In this document: positions 29,532-40,188 of the stretch, piece by piece
Numbering within the stretch: position 1 is the stretch's first letter
Layout of the letters: the number at the start of each line of letters is the position of its first letter
Source of the DNA: Tubiluchus corallicola
Taxonomy: Eukaryota; Animalia; Priapulida
NCBI GenBank assembly: GCA_030141605.1
Contig: JAQGDQ010002420.1
Location: forward strand, 1-55,831
Direction: 5' to 3'
DNA length: 55,831 bases
The notes under the pieces: model-generated
Databases searched by the model: none
Seen by the model: only the letters and a program-made list of their open reading frames with translations
What the model was told of the DNA's origin: nothing
Made by a program: the position numbers and the translations under genes

Positions 29532-29575
29532 GCCGCAGCAATGTAGAAATAGTTTGTCAAGGAGGAAATAGACAA

Positions 29576-30541
29576 ATGACTAGAAAAATTTTGATGTTAG
29601 CTGCCATATTGTTGGTCCCTACCATGGGTTATGGGAAAACATTGAATTGGAAGTTCGCCGATGTGTTGCCCGATGATCATCCGTCGGTGATTGCGAACAA
29701 CCACTTCGCAGATTTAGTCAGAAGCGAGACTGACGGTAGAATCAATATACAGGTTTTCAATAACTCCGTTCTAGGAAATGAAAAAACATCCATAGAGCAG
29801 GTGCAGTTTGGGAGCATTCAGTTTACACGTGTCAGCTTGGCACCCATGACACAGTTTTCCAAAAAACTTAGCGTCTTGATGTTGCCATACCTTTATGACG
29901 ATGAAAAACATATGTTCAGGGTATTGGACGGGCCGATAGGTGATGAGTTTCTGGAAAGTATGACAAATAAAAATATACTAGGTATTGCATGGATTGATGC
30001 AGGATCGAGAAACTTTTACAATTCTGTCAAGGAGATCAAGACACCGGAAGATCTAAGGGGGATGAAGATCAGGGTGCAACAATCTGACATCATGGTAGAT
30101 CTGGTGAAGGCTCTTGGGGCTTCACCCGTTCCGATGAGTCACGGGGAAGTTTACAGCGCTATGCAGACAGGTGTCATCGACGGCGCTGAAAACAACTGGT
30201 CGACCTATAGGACGACTAGCCATTACGAAGTTGCAAAGTACATCTCGACAGACGGTCACGCAAGAGTGCCCGAAATGATCATAATGAGCTACAAAGCGTA
30301 CAATTCTCTGAGTGACGCAGACAAAAAGATCATCAAAGAATCAGCTCGCAAGGCGGGGCTTCTTCAGAGAGAATTGTGGCAAGAAGCACAAAAAGAGGCA
30401 GAAAAAATCGTCAGGGACAATGGAAACATAGTGACGATAATAGAAGACGTGGGACCTTTCCAAGAAAAGGTTGGACCACTCTACAAAAAATACGGAAAAG
30501 GGAATGAAGAACTCTTAAAGAGAATATTGGAAACGGAATAA
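29576..30541 (+). CDS. dctP: TRAP substrate-binding protein, sugar-acid type (paralog 1)
   Basis: Signal peptide; DLRGMKIRVQ, EVYSAMQTGVIDGAENN, HYEVAKY. Confidence 0.93.
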   Translation: MTRKILMLAAILLVPTMGYGKTLNWKFADVLPDDHPSVIANNHFADLVRSETDGRINIQVFNNSVLGNEKTSIEQVQFGSIQFTRVSLAPMTQFSKKLSVLMLPYLYDDEKHMFRVLDGPIGDEFLESMTNKNILGIAWIDAGSRNFYNSVKEIKTPEDLRGMKIRVQQSDIMVDLVKALGASPVPMSHGEVYSAMQTGVIDGAENNWSTYRTTSHYEVAKYISTDGHARVPEMIIMSYKAYNSLSDADKKIIKESARKAGLLQRELWQEAQKEAEKIVRDNGNIVTIIEDVGPFQEKVGPLYKKYGKGNEELLKRILETE

Positions 30542-30551
30542 GCACCAAATC

Positions 30552-30603
30552 GAGGGGTACCCCCATTTTGCACAAAACTGAGGGGTGCCCCCATTTTCCA
30601 AAA
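30552..30603. repeat. Imperfect tandem repeat, 28-nt period, with palindromic core
   Basis: GAGGGGTACCCCCATTTTGCACAAAA and GAGGGGTGCCCCCATTTTCCAAAA. Confidence 0.75.
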
Positions 30604-30731
30604 GATCACGAAGAAAAAGAAAACGCAGCATTTTGCGTTCCCATCTCAGAACAGTCAGTCCTGACCCTACACCAGTCTTGGCAAGTCCTTTGAAGATTGC
30701 GGCGCTTATCTCTAAGCAGCTTCGGGTGCGG

Positions 30732-31478
30732 TTATTCCAAGCCTACCGGAGGCATGCATATTTTAGAAACTATTGACTCCTCAAGCATATTCTCTCTAGC
30801 CCCTCTTAGGATAGATGAGGACAATATCTCCTTGATGTTGGCTATCGCTATGCGGTTGCTTCTGCGGACGTTATGAGTAAGATTTTCCAGATACTGGTCA
30901 AGTTCTGAATCGCTGCCCACATAATTTACCAATCCGATATTCAGGGCAGTCCCAGCATCAATCATGCTGCCGCTAAACATCATCTCCATGGCTTTTGGAT
31001 ATCCGATCCTTGCAGGGAGCCTTCTCAGCCCCCCCCAGTTTGGAACCAGACCCAGGCCAACCCCACACATGCCAAACCTCGCCTTATCATTTGATACGAT
31101 AAAGTCGCAAGCAAGCGCCAACTCCAAACCTCCACCCAAGGTTAAGCCCCTTGTAACTGCCACTATCGGAATTGAGAGTTTTGCAAATTTGTTGAACACT
31201 CTATGCCCTTTAAAGACCCAATCGTCTACAATATCGCTGTAACCGTCTTTGCTCCCCTCCTCTGTCCCGCCAAGACCAGCATCCACCAAAAAATATTTTT
31301 CAGAACTACTACAGACAATAAGTAGCCTAATTTTATCCGTTTCCACACTCTCAATCACGCCTTCCGTGATCCCTAAGACATTTAAGTCAAGAAGGCATTC
31401 ATCCCCAGTGCTCGGAGGGTTGAACGTAATGTAACCAACTTCATTTTCGATTCGATAGTCAACAGTAGTAGTGCCCAT
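30732..31478 (-). CDS. Enoyl-CoA hydratase/isomerase (crotonase) family protein, divergent
   Basis: LGGGLELALACD, GL.PNWGG..RL..IG, A...GLVN; lacks FcaGaD and the PE glutamate. Confidence 0.8.
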   Translation of the reverse strand: MGTTTVDYRIENEVGYITFNPPSTGDECLLDLNVLGITEGVIESVETDKIRLLIVCSSSEKYFLVDAGLGGTEEGSKDGYSDIVDDWVFKGHRVFNKFAKLSIPIVAVTRGLTLGGGLELALACDFIVSNDKARFGMCGVGLGLVPNWGGLRRLPARIGYPKAMEMMFSGSMIDAGTALNIGLVNYVGSDSELDQYLENLTHNVRRSNRIAIANIKEILSSSILRGARENMLEESIVSKICMPPVGLE

Positions 31479-31610
31479 ATAGATACAACCTCACAATAGT
31501 ACTTATGAAGTATTGTATAGGAAACAATGGATATTTTTCAACAGCAACTTTGCATAAACTAGCACAACCTCTGCTTTAAAAAACCTCGTTTTGTTTATAT
31601 GCGGAACTTG

Positions 31611-31639
31611 TTGACAACTACTGGCAACGTGTGTACAAT
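31611..31639 (+). promoter_or_regulatory. sigma70 promoter of dctP2-dctQ-dctM
   Basis: TTGACA, 17 nt, TACAAT. Confidence 0.75.
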
Positions 31640-31677
31640 CGACTGCAACTTTGGAACCTATAAGGGGGTATTTTGTA

Positions 31678-32646
31678 ATGACATTAAAGAAAATATTTTT
31701 AGTGATGACGGTGTTGCTGCTTTCTTCTGCGGCATATAGCAAAACATTGAATTGGAAACTTGCAGAGGTGCATCCTGATGGATACCCTACGGTGGTAGCT
31801 GTCCAGCACTTTGCTGAAGTGGTTAAGGATAAAACCGATGGCAGGATCAATATACAGGTTTACAACAACTCTGTCCTTGGGGATGAAAAAGCGATCATAG
31901 AACAGGTACAGTTTGGCGGCATACAGCTTGCACGAGTTAGCTTGTCACCTATGACGCAGTTTTCCAGTAAGCTGAACGTACTCATGCTGCCTTACCTCTA
32001 TGACGACACAGACCATATGTTCAGGGTACTAGACAGCCCCATTGGGGACGAATTTTTAGAGAGCATGACTCGCAAAAACCTGCTCGGTCTGTCTTGGTTT
32101 GACGCAGGTTCGAGAAACTTTTACAACACGTCCAGAGAGATAAAAACCCCTGAAGATATGAAAGGTCTAAAGATCAGAGTGCAGCCATCTGACATTATGA
32201 TAGACCTTGTGAGGGCTCTCGGTGCTTCGCCCACGCCTATGGGATATAGCGAAGTTTATAGCGCCCTGCAAACCGGAGTCATTGATGGAGCCGAAAACAA
32301 CTGGTCAAGCTATCAGACTACAAGCCATTACGAGGTTGCAAAATATTTCACGACGGATGGCCACACAAGGGTCCCTGAAATGATCATAATTAACTACAAG
32401 GCCTATCAGTCTGTATCTGCCGAAGATCAAAAGGTATTGAAAGAGGCAGCTTATGAAGCGGCACTGTTGGAGAGGGAATTGTGGCAAAAAGCGGAAAGTG
32501 ATGCAGAAGCTATAGTGCGTGAAAGTGGGAGCATAATTACCGTGATAGAAGATGTTGAACCTTTCCAAGAAAAGGTTAAGCCCCTCTATGAAAAGTATGG
32601 TAAGGGGAATGAAAAGCTGCTGGAAAGAATCTTAGCGGTAGAATAG
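31678..32646 (+). CDS. dctP: TRAP substrate-binding protein, sugar-acid type (paralog 2)
   Basis: Colinear with, and visibly similar to, 29576-30541; RBS AAGGGGG before ATG 31678. Confidence 0.93.
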   Translation: MTLKKIFLVMTVLLLSSAAYSKTLNWKLAEVHPDGYPTVVAVQHFAEVVKDKTDGRINIQVYNNSVLGDEKAIIEQVQFGGIQLARVSLSPMTQFSSKLNVLMLPYLYDDTDHMFRVLDSPIGDEFLESMTRKNLLGLSWFDAGSRNFYNTSREIKTPEDMKGLKIRVQPSDIMIDLVRALGASPTPMGYSEVYSALQTGVIDGAENNWSSYQTTSHYEVAKYFTTDGHTRVPEMIIINYKAYQSVSAEDQKVLKEAAYEAALLERELWQKAESDAEAIVRESGSIITVIEDVEPFQEKVKPLYEKYGKGNEKLLERILAVE

Positions 32647-32678
32647 GTTTGATCTCTTCTTTGAGCTAATTTAGGGTA

Positions 32679-32714
32679 AAGGTGCAAGGTGGCGTGTTTG
32701 TTGCTTTGCACCTT
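32679..32714 (+). other. Intercistronic hairpin after dctP2 (likely mRNA stabiliser or partial terminator)
   Basis: AAGGTGCAAGG / CTTTGCACCTT. Confidence 0.55.
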
Positions 32715-32768
32715 GTGCTCTGTATCATCAAAAAAAACTATTCAAAATAATTTTATCGGAGTTGCGTC

Positions 32769-33245
32769 ATGCGTTTAGTGATAGTGGACAAGGTTGCGAC
32801 CTTCACAGAGAGGATCTTTGTGGGGCTTGCGGTGGTTATGCTTGTCGTAATGATTATTACCATCACGTTTCAGGTATTCACGAGATACACACTTAACTTT
32901 ACTCCAAAATGGTCTGAACAGCTGTCCCTTCTCTGTATGGTGTGGTTTAGCTTCATCGGGATGGCCTTGGGTGTGAAAAAGGGTTCGCATATATGCTTGG
33001 AGTTTTTTGTATCCAAGCTCCCTGAAAAGGGGAGGAAGATAACTGCATTTGCCGTGCATCTCCTTACATGCGGTTTTGGAGTGTTTTTGTTGGTCTATGG
33101 GAGCATCCTCGCAAATTATGCCAAGTACTCGACAATCCCAGGCTTGCATGTGCCGACATCTTTTCTTTATGCCATGGTACCCGTGTCAGGATTTATGATG
33201 ATCCTCTACACAATACCGAAAATACTTGGGGGGGAAACAAAATGA
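32769..33245 (+). CDS. dctQ: TRAP small permease DctQ
   Basis: QVFTRY..NFTPKWSEQ..L..VW; four TM segments. Confidence 0.92.
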   Translation: MRLVIVDKVATFTERIFVGLAVVMLVVMIITITFQVFTRYTLNFTPKWSEQLSLLCMVWFSFIGMALGVKKGSHICLEFFVSKLPEKGRKITAFAVHLLTCGFGVFLLVYGSILANYAKYSTIPGLHVPTSFLYAMVPVSGFMMILYTIPKILGGETK

Positions 33246-34531
33246 TCCAAGGGGACGCAATCGCAATACTATTTACATCATTTTTCTTAATGCTGATATT
33301 CAGAGTTCCTATAGCGTTCGTTTTGGGTATATCTTCTCTGATCACGGCCATTTACGTGGGTATTCCACCCGTAGCTATTGCCCAACAGATGGTGCAAGGC
33401 GTGAATTCATTTTCCCTCATGGCAATACCATTCTTTATCGTAGCCGGTGAGATAATGAGTACGGGGGGCATCAGTACAAAGCTTATCAACTTTGCAAACG
33501 TCGTCGTAGGGAGGCTACGGGGAGGACTGGCTCAAGTAAACATTCTTGCAAGTATGTTTTTTGGAGGCATTTCCGGTTCATCCGTCGCCGATACCTCATC
33601 CATAGGCTCCGTCATGATACCCATGATGGAAGAGAACGGATATGACAAAGATTTTGCTGTAAACGTCACCATTACATCCTCCACCCAAGGGATAATAATT
33701 CCACCTAGCCACAACGTTATTATCTATTCTGTATCAGCCGGAGGGTTGTCTGTGGGAGATCTTTTCTTGGGAGGAATAATTCCAGGGATCTTGCTGGGAC
33801 TGTCGATAATGGTGTTGTCATATGTGATCGCCCTGAAAAGAAACTATCCTAGAGGGGAGAGAGTCCCGTTGAAGGAAGCTATCCGGGTTATCATAGACAG
33901 CTTTTTAGGACTTCTCACAGCCGTCATCATCGTTTTGGGTGTAATTTTGGGTGTAATGACTGCTACAGAATCTGCGGCAATTGCCACAGTTTACGCTTTT
34001 ATCATCACATTTTTTGTATACAAAACTGTAAACCTCAAATCAGCAATAGGTATATTAAAAAGGTCACTTATTACCTTGTCTATAGTTATGTCAATTATTG
34101 CAGCCTCATCTGCTTTTGGCTACATGTTGTCAATCCTGAGAGTCCCCGCACTGATAACGGAAACCATGCTACAAATATCGGACAATAGGATAGTCATACT
34201 CTTGATAGTCAACCTGACGCTCTTGATGCTCGGCATGATTATGGATATGGCACCACTTATATTGATCACAACCCCGATACTTTTGCCAGTGGTAACCGCT
34301 GTCGGTATGGACCCTATACAGTTTGGAATAGTTATGATGCTAAACCTCGGTATAGGACTGCTCACACCTCCTGTGGGCACAACTCTATTTGTGGGGTGCT
34401 CGATAGGAAAGTTGCCTATGGAAAAAGCTGCAAGGGGCTTAATCCCATTTTATTTGGACTTGGTTGTGTACCTAATGGCGATAACCTTTGTACCGGCATT
34501 TACATTGTACCTGCCTGGTGCACTGAAATGA
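33242..34531 (+). CDS. dctM: TRAP large permease DctM
   Basis: AIPFFIVAG, GISGSSVAD, IIPPSHN, TPPVG; ATGA overlap with dctQ. Confidence 0.95.
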   Translation: MIQGDAIAILFTSFFLMLIFRVPIAFVLGISSLITAIYVGIPPVAIAQQMVQGVNSFSLMAIPFFIVAGEIMSTGGISTKLINFANVVVGRLRGGLAQVNILASMFFGGISGSSVADTSSIGSVMIPMMEENGYDKDFAVNVTITSSTQGIIIPPSHNVIIYSVSAGGLSVGDLFLGGIIPGILLGLSIMVLSYVIALKRNYPRGERVPLKEAIRVIIDSFLGLLTAVIIVLGVILGVMTATESAAIATVYAFIITFFVYKTVNLKSAIGILKRSLITLSIVMSIIAASSAFGYMLSILRVPALITETMLQISDNRIVILLIVNLTLLMLGMIMDMAPLILITTPILLPVVTAVGMDPIQFGIVMMLNLGIGLLTPPVGTTLFVGCSIGKLPMEKAARGLIPFYLDLVVYLMAITFVPAFTLYLPGALK

Positions 34532-34675
34532 TGTTAAGTTTTGGACAAGAGCAAAAAGGTTCAGCCTCATTTTATTTGGTCTTGGCTGCGTACCTAATGG
34601 TGGTAACCTTTGTATCGGCATTTACATTGTACTTATCTAGTGCATTGAAATGATGTTAAGTTTGGACAAGAGCAA
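34446..34675 (+). repeat. Diverged tandem duplication (about 109 bp, 122-bp period) of the dctM 3' end and its flank
   Basis: 34446-34554 aligns with 34568-34675 with scattered substitutions. Confidence 0.9.
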
Positions 34676-34705
34676 GGACGAGGCCACAACAAAGCGACCT
34701 CGTCC
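34676..34705 (+). terminator. Hairpin after the dctM duplication
   Basis: GGACGAGG / CCTCGTCC; no clear T-tail. Confidence 0.4.
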
Positions 34706-34947
34706 CTGGTCTAGAGGGGCATAACATTAAACCTAATGTATATACAAAACGCAATGTCACATCTCCATGATACCTTTATCGAAAAATAATTCAAGATGTT
34801 TTTTCATCCAAAAGATAATTGGTGGCATTTTACCAGCATAGACTTACGAAAATAAAGCGCGTTTGGTGGAATTTTTATGATACTATTGAAATTATTGCTT
34901 ATTTTGTTTATATATTTGAGTCATGTGTTTAGCTGTCAAAGGAATTT

Positions 34948-36612
34948 ATGAAAGTTAGTATTACGCCCTTAGGCGGTCTCGGAGAGATAGGCATGAACAT
35001 GTATGTCTACGAGACGAGCGGTTCTGCAATAGTAGTTGATGCCGGGGTAATGTTTGCGGACTCGTCTTATCCCGGTATCGACTATATGATCCCGGATCTA
35101 TCCTACCTTGAAGAGATTAAGAACAAAGTTAAGGGTGTTGTCCTATCCCACGGACATGAAGACCACGTTGGGGCTTTGCCTTATGTGCTTAAGCGTGTAA
35201 ACGTTCCCGTCTATCTACCAAAACTCGCCGCAAGAATAGTGAAACCAAAACTTGCAGAGCACAAGATAAGGGGCAATTTATCCATATACAACGAAGACAC
35301 TTCATTGACGTTGGGCGATTTCAACATATCATTTCTTCAGGTTTTACATTCCATTCGCGATACGTTCGCTATTTATCTCAGATGCGGGAAGTTTAGCGCC
35401 TTGCACATATCCGATTTCAAGATGGAAGAGACTATGGGAAGACATACTTCAAAGATGATAAGCAAATTTGAAGAAATAGGTAAAAATGGTCTGACTTGCC
35501 TTTTATCAGACTCCACCAATGTGGACGTGGATGGCTTTTCTCATTCTGAGAAATCGATTATGGAAGGATTGAGAAAAGTTTTTAAAGAATGTAAAGGCAG
35601 AATATTCTTCACCACCTTCTCGTCAAACACGGAGAGACTGAACAACGTCATCAAGGTTGCAAAGGGTATGAAAAGAAAGGTTTGCGTGATGGGCTCTTCC
35701 GCTAGAAAACACTTGGATATAGCCAACAACATTAATTACATCAGTATCCCCAAAGGCTCAACCATATCTTTGACTGAAGCATTAAGTATGCCGTCGTCCC
35801 AGGTATGTTTTATAGTAACAGGCTCTCAAGGAGAGTCGAGTAGCTCTTTATTCAAGATAGTGTCGGGAGAGAGACGACAACTCAAGGTGGAAGAAGGGGA
35901 CACATTTATATTGAGCTCCCGAACCATTCCGGGCAATGAAAAGAGTGTAGGACAGCTCATAAACAGCATATACTACCAAAAAGGAAAAGTAGTGGAGCAG
36001 TCTGATGAAAATAATATACACGTATCCGGGCACGCCACAAAAAAAGAACTAGAACTCCTGATGAATTTGAGCAAGCCCAGGTATCTTATTCCGATTCATG
36101 GGGAATACGTTCATGCCATGAAGCATATAGATTTGGCTGTTGAAAGGACATCTATACCGAGAGAGAACTGCTTTTTGGCGTCTACGGGGGAAAAACTCAA
36201 CTTTGTGAATGACCTCTACGACAGCACCGAAAATGTCACCTGTGGCAAGCTGTACGTTGACTTGCGAGGGGGCTTTATCTATGATGAAGATGGCTTGAGA
36301 GAAAGGAAGCATTTGGCAAGAGATGGCATTGTCATCGTAAATTTCAAATTTGACCCACTGGCAATGACCTATACTGAACTGCCTGAGATAATCACTGCTG
36401 GATTTTCCCTGGAAACAAATACGATCATCGAATTGCAAAAGTTTTTGGTACACTCCCTTGACTCGATTGCAGAAGAGGCATATTCTGACAACGATGCGTT
36501 GAAAGATTGCCTAATGAAGCTGACGAAAAGATTTTTTAAAAAAAATATGGAAAGACGCCCAGCGGTCACTCCCATCATCTCTTTGCTGTACAAGATTAGG
36601 TTTTTTCTATAA
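34948..36612 (+). CDS. rnj: Ribonuclease J
   Basis: PLGGLGEIGMN, SHGHEDHVG, LLSDSTN, IPGNE, HVSGH, PIHGE. Confidence 0.95.
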   Translation: MKVSITPLGGLGEIGMNMYVYETSGSAIVVDAGVMFADSSYPGIDYMIPDLSYLEEIKNKVKGVVLSHGHEDHVGALPYVLKRVNVPVYLPKLAARIVKPKLAEHKIRGNLSIYNEDTSLTLGDFNISFLQVLHSIRDTFAIYLRCGKFSALHISDFKMEETMGRHTSKMISKFEEIGKNGLTCLLSDSTNVDVDGFSHSEKSIMEGLRKVFKECKGRIFFTTFSSNTERLNNVIKVAKGMKRKVCVMGSSARKHLDIANNINYISIPKGSTISLTEALSMPSSQVCFIVTGSQGESSSSLFKIVSGERRQLKVEEGDTFILSSRTIPGNEKSVGQLINSIYYQKGKVVEQSDENNIHVSGHATKKELELLMNLSKPRYLIPIHGEYVHAMKHIDLAVERTSIPRENCFLASTGEKLNFVNDLYDSTENVTCGKLYVDLRGGFIYDEDGLRERKHLARDGIVIVNFKFDPLAMTYTELPEIITAGFSLETNTIIELQKFLVHSLDSIAEEAYSDNDALKDCLMKLTKRFFKKNMERRPAVTPIISLLYKIRFFL

Positions 36613-36664
36613 TTTTGCTCACTTGTCGCAAAGTTATACTTATTTCGTATTGAGGTTGTTTTTG

Positions 36665-37458
36665 ATGAGCTTTTTGATGCGTTGTGGTTGGGTATTGTTC
36701 AGGGGGCTACGGAGTTTCTGCCGATCTCCAGCTCAGGACACTTGGTTATTGCTAAGAGTTTGATGAATAGTTTTCCATCACAGGACATATTTTTTGACAT
36801 ACTTCTCCATTTGTCGACCTCTCTCAGCATAATTATATTTTTCAGGCGTAGAATTTATAAGCTTTTCATAGGTTTTTTGGGAATATTTACAAGCAAATAC
36901 TCCCTGGAATACTATGAGCAGAAAAGGTTTTTGTACGCACTTGTAATGGCATCTATTCCCACAGCCATTATAGGCTTCTTGATAAGCAAACATTCCTACA
37001 GCCTGTTTACGTACCCCACATTGACGGGCTATGCGCTGATAATAACATCAATACTTCTTGCATCTTCAGACAGGTTGAGAGGAGAAAACCGAGTTACGGC
37101 AAGCTCAGGTTTTTTGATAGGAATAGCCCAAGGGATAGCTGTAATCCCCGGTTTATCCCGCTCTGGTCTCACTATCTCAGCGGGCCTTTTCCTTGGGATA
37201 TCTCGAAAGGAGATTGCAGAGTTTTCATTCCTGGCGTCATTGCCGGCAATATTTGGTGCAGCACTGTACGAATACACAAAAACTGACATAACACATTATC
37301 TGGATAACGCAATCGTATACGCAGCAGGCATGTGTGCCGCATTTATCACCGGCTTGCTTGCGATAGGCGTATTTATAATAGTATTAAAACGGGCAAAGAT
37401 GATCTATTTTGCGACATATTGCCTAATATTGGGGATAATATCTGTCATATGGTTATGA
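36665..37458 (+). CDS. uppP: Undecaprenyl-diphosphate phosphatase (BacA); likely start ATG 36665 with a homopolymer indel
   Basis: GIVQGATEFLPISSSGHL; PGLSRSG.TI. Confidence 0.93.
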
Positions 37459-40099
37459 ATAAAAGAAATAAATTACTTATCGATACCCTTATAGTCATGG
37501 TCTCCTTTGTGATACTGTTTTGTCTTACCTCTTACGTGTCCTACTCCCCTTCTGACATCTCATTTAGCCACGTGGTGATCCCCCAGGACACCCAGGATAC
37601 AAAAAATCTGTTCGGCAATACAGGGGCTTATTTTGCCGATATTTCCGGTGTATATTTGGGTTTTTCGGCCATATTCATACCACTTCTCATGATCAGAACG
37701 TGCTATATGCTCGTCTTGATAAGGAAAGGCACATTCAAAAATATACCCTTACTCATATTCCAATTGCTCTTAATATTTGTAATAGCTGCGTTGATGTCCG
37801 GAATGCTCGGCATATATGGAGGGAGTGATTATGTATTTAAGAGCAAACCGCTAGGCGGCATCTTTGGGGTACTGGCAAATGAATATCTGTCAGCTATTTT
37901 GGGTAAATTTGGCGGCAGTGTGACGCTATTCTTCCTTCTAGTAATCATCAGTGCGCTCTTCTTTTCACGATCGGTCTTTGAATGGATAGGTGCTTTTGTA
38001 AGGCCCTTGGACTTTATGGCATCCAAGCTTGCGTTCTGCATAGCGTTAGCGGGTAAGGCTGAGGAGCTTTTGAAGGCTTTAATCGACCACGCACATGCAG
38101 TATATCTGGAAACTAAGAATAAAATTGAAAATAGGAATACCGTTAAAGCAGTCGAGGATGAAAATAATGAAACTGTCGAGAATGAGGAAAAGCCTGTAAT
38201 CGTACGAAGCTATGAACCTCAGGAAACCGTCTCCACGGTAATGCACAATGAAGGGGAAGAGATGTCAGATACTGAACCCCAAGAGGTTCAAACAGAAGCC
38301 GCGATGGATTACGGCACCACCCTAACTTATGACAGTGATGAAACGGAGACACCTGTGAGAGAAGAAACGGAGCATATCGAAGGTTATCGTTATAGCCCCA
38401 CATCTCCCAGGGAGTACGTTAGGGACGCAAATGCCGATTACTACAAAGATATCCAGGATGATGAAGAGGACGAAAAGGATGAAGTAAGCGACATTGACAT
38501 CGATTCTCAACTCAAGAAGCCGTTTGTGGATGAAGAGCCTTATTCTTCGTTCCTCGAGGATATTGATGAAGGGGATGTAGCTCGCTCAGAAGAGGATACA
38601 ACCCCTTCCGAAGCGTCAATTTATGACACCAGCGTCAGTTATGAAGAGGAGATTAAAGCTATTCAGATGAGGCACGAAGATGCTCATGCACCGTCACCTT
38701 ATGCCACTTACCGTCTGAATTTAGATCTTCTTGATGAAATTCCCCAAGTCAGCATAAGCGAAACGGAAGAATCTTTGAGAGATAAGGCAGATCTGCTCGT
38801 ACAAAAGCTCAGTGACTTCGGCGTGAATGGTAAGGTACGTGAGATACAACCGGGGCCTGTAGTCACACTATTTGAGTTTGAGCCGGCTCCAGGAATAAAG
38901 ATCAACAAAATCGCAAACCTTGGCGATGATTTGGCATTAGGCATGAGCGCTTTGAGTGTGCGCATCATAGCTCCAATTCCGGGCAAAGCCGCTGTGGGTG
39001 TGGAGATTCCGAATAAAGACCGTCTGCCGGTATATCTGCGAGACCTTCTTGAGTCAAACGATTATGAAAGAAATGAACACCCTCTGACGATAGCTCTGGG
39101 CAAAACTGCCTCAGGCTCGCCATATATCACGGATTTGGCAAAGATGCCCCACCTACTCGTGGCAGGAACTACCGGAAGCGGCAAGTCAGTATCTGTGAAC
39201 ACTATTATATGTTCTGTCCTCTATAAGTCATCTCCTGATCTGGTCAAGTTTGTCATGATCGACCCAAAAATGGTGGAATTGAGCGTATACGAGGGCATCC
39301 CCCATCTATTGGCGCCGGTAGTAACGGATCCTCGCCAAGCTGCGGGAGTTTTAAAGAATGTTGTCAAGGAGATGGAGAGAAGATACTCTCTTCTGGCGTC
39401 CCAAAAGATTCGAAGCATCACATCTTACAACGATATAGCAGTTTCAGACGACGCATTGGAGCCCATGCCGTATTTGGTCGTTATAGTGGATGAATTTGCC
39501 GATTTGATGTTGGTAGCTGGAAAAGAGGTGGAACAATCAGTAATACGCATTGCTCAGATGGCTAGAGCCGTAGGCATCCATCTGGTGCTTGCAACCCAAC
39601 GCCCTTCTGTAAACGTAATAACCGGAATTATCAAGGCCAATATGCCATCAAGATTATCATTCAAGGTATCACAAAGATAGACTCAAGGACGGTAATCGAC
39701 CAAAATGGAGCTGAGATGCTCCTAGGCAAAGGCGACAGTCTATTCATACCCCCAGGTTCTAGTGAGGCTATCCGTATTCACGGTTGCTTCGTCAGCGAAC
39801 AGGAGGTCAACAGAATAGTAAGTACTCTAAAAACCTATGGAGAGCCGAAGTACGATATGGCACTTGTGGAGAGCTTTGATGATGCGTCCGACGTTGATGA
39901 TGACGAAATGGATGAAAAATATTACGAAGCCCTCAGTCTGGTGAAGGACAAAGGGCAAGCCAGCATATCCATGATACAGCGCCATCTGAGGATAGGATAT
40001 AATAGAGCGGCTAGAATAGTCGAAATAATGGAAAAACAGGGAGTGGTTGCACCAAGTGACGGCACTTCAAAGCCCAGAGAAGTGCTCGACAGAGACTGA
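37455..40099 (+). CDS. ftsK: DNA translocase FtsK (frameshift near 39675)
   Basis: N-terminal TM region, acidic linker, GPVVT, AGTTGSGKS, VDEFADL, ATQRPS; SQ(K)IDSR junction lacks one A; gamma domain QRHLRIGYNRAAR. Confidence 0.95.
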
Positions 40100-40188
40100 A
40101 TTATTCTTGCGATGGGGAGGAAAACAGGGTAACATGTTTTATCAATTGTCTTTCTCGATAATCGTTTAATTACTCAACGGAGGCGATC

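Noticed and set aside
34823-34838. sigma54 promoter upstream of rnj (TGGCATTTTACCAGCA)
   Set aside because: Poor -12 element and no visible IHF or activator sites
38100-38700. Novel acidic domain in FtsK
   Set aside because: Low-complexity variable linkers are normal between the FtsK membrane and motor domains
39660-39720. Programmed frameshift or split ftsK
   Set aside because: No slippery heptamer or stimulatory structure; one extra A restores SQKIDSR
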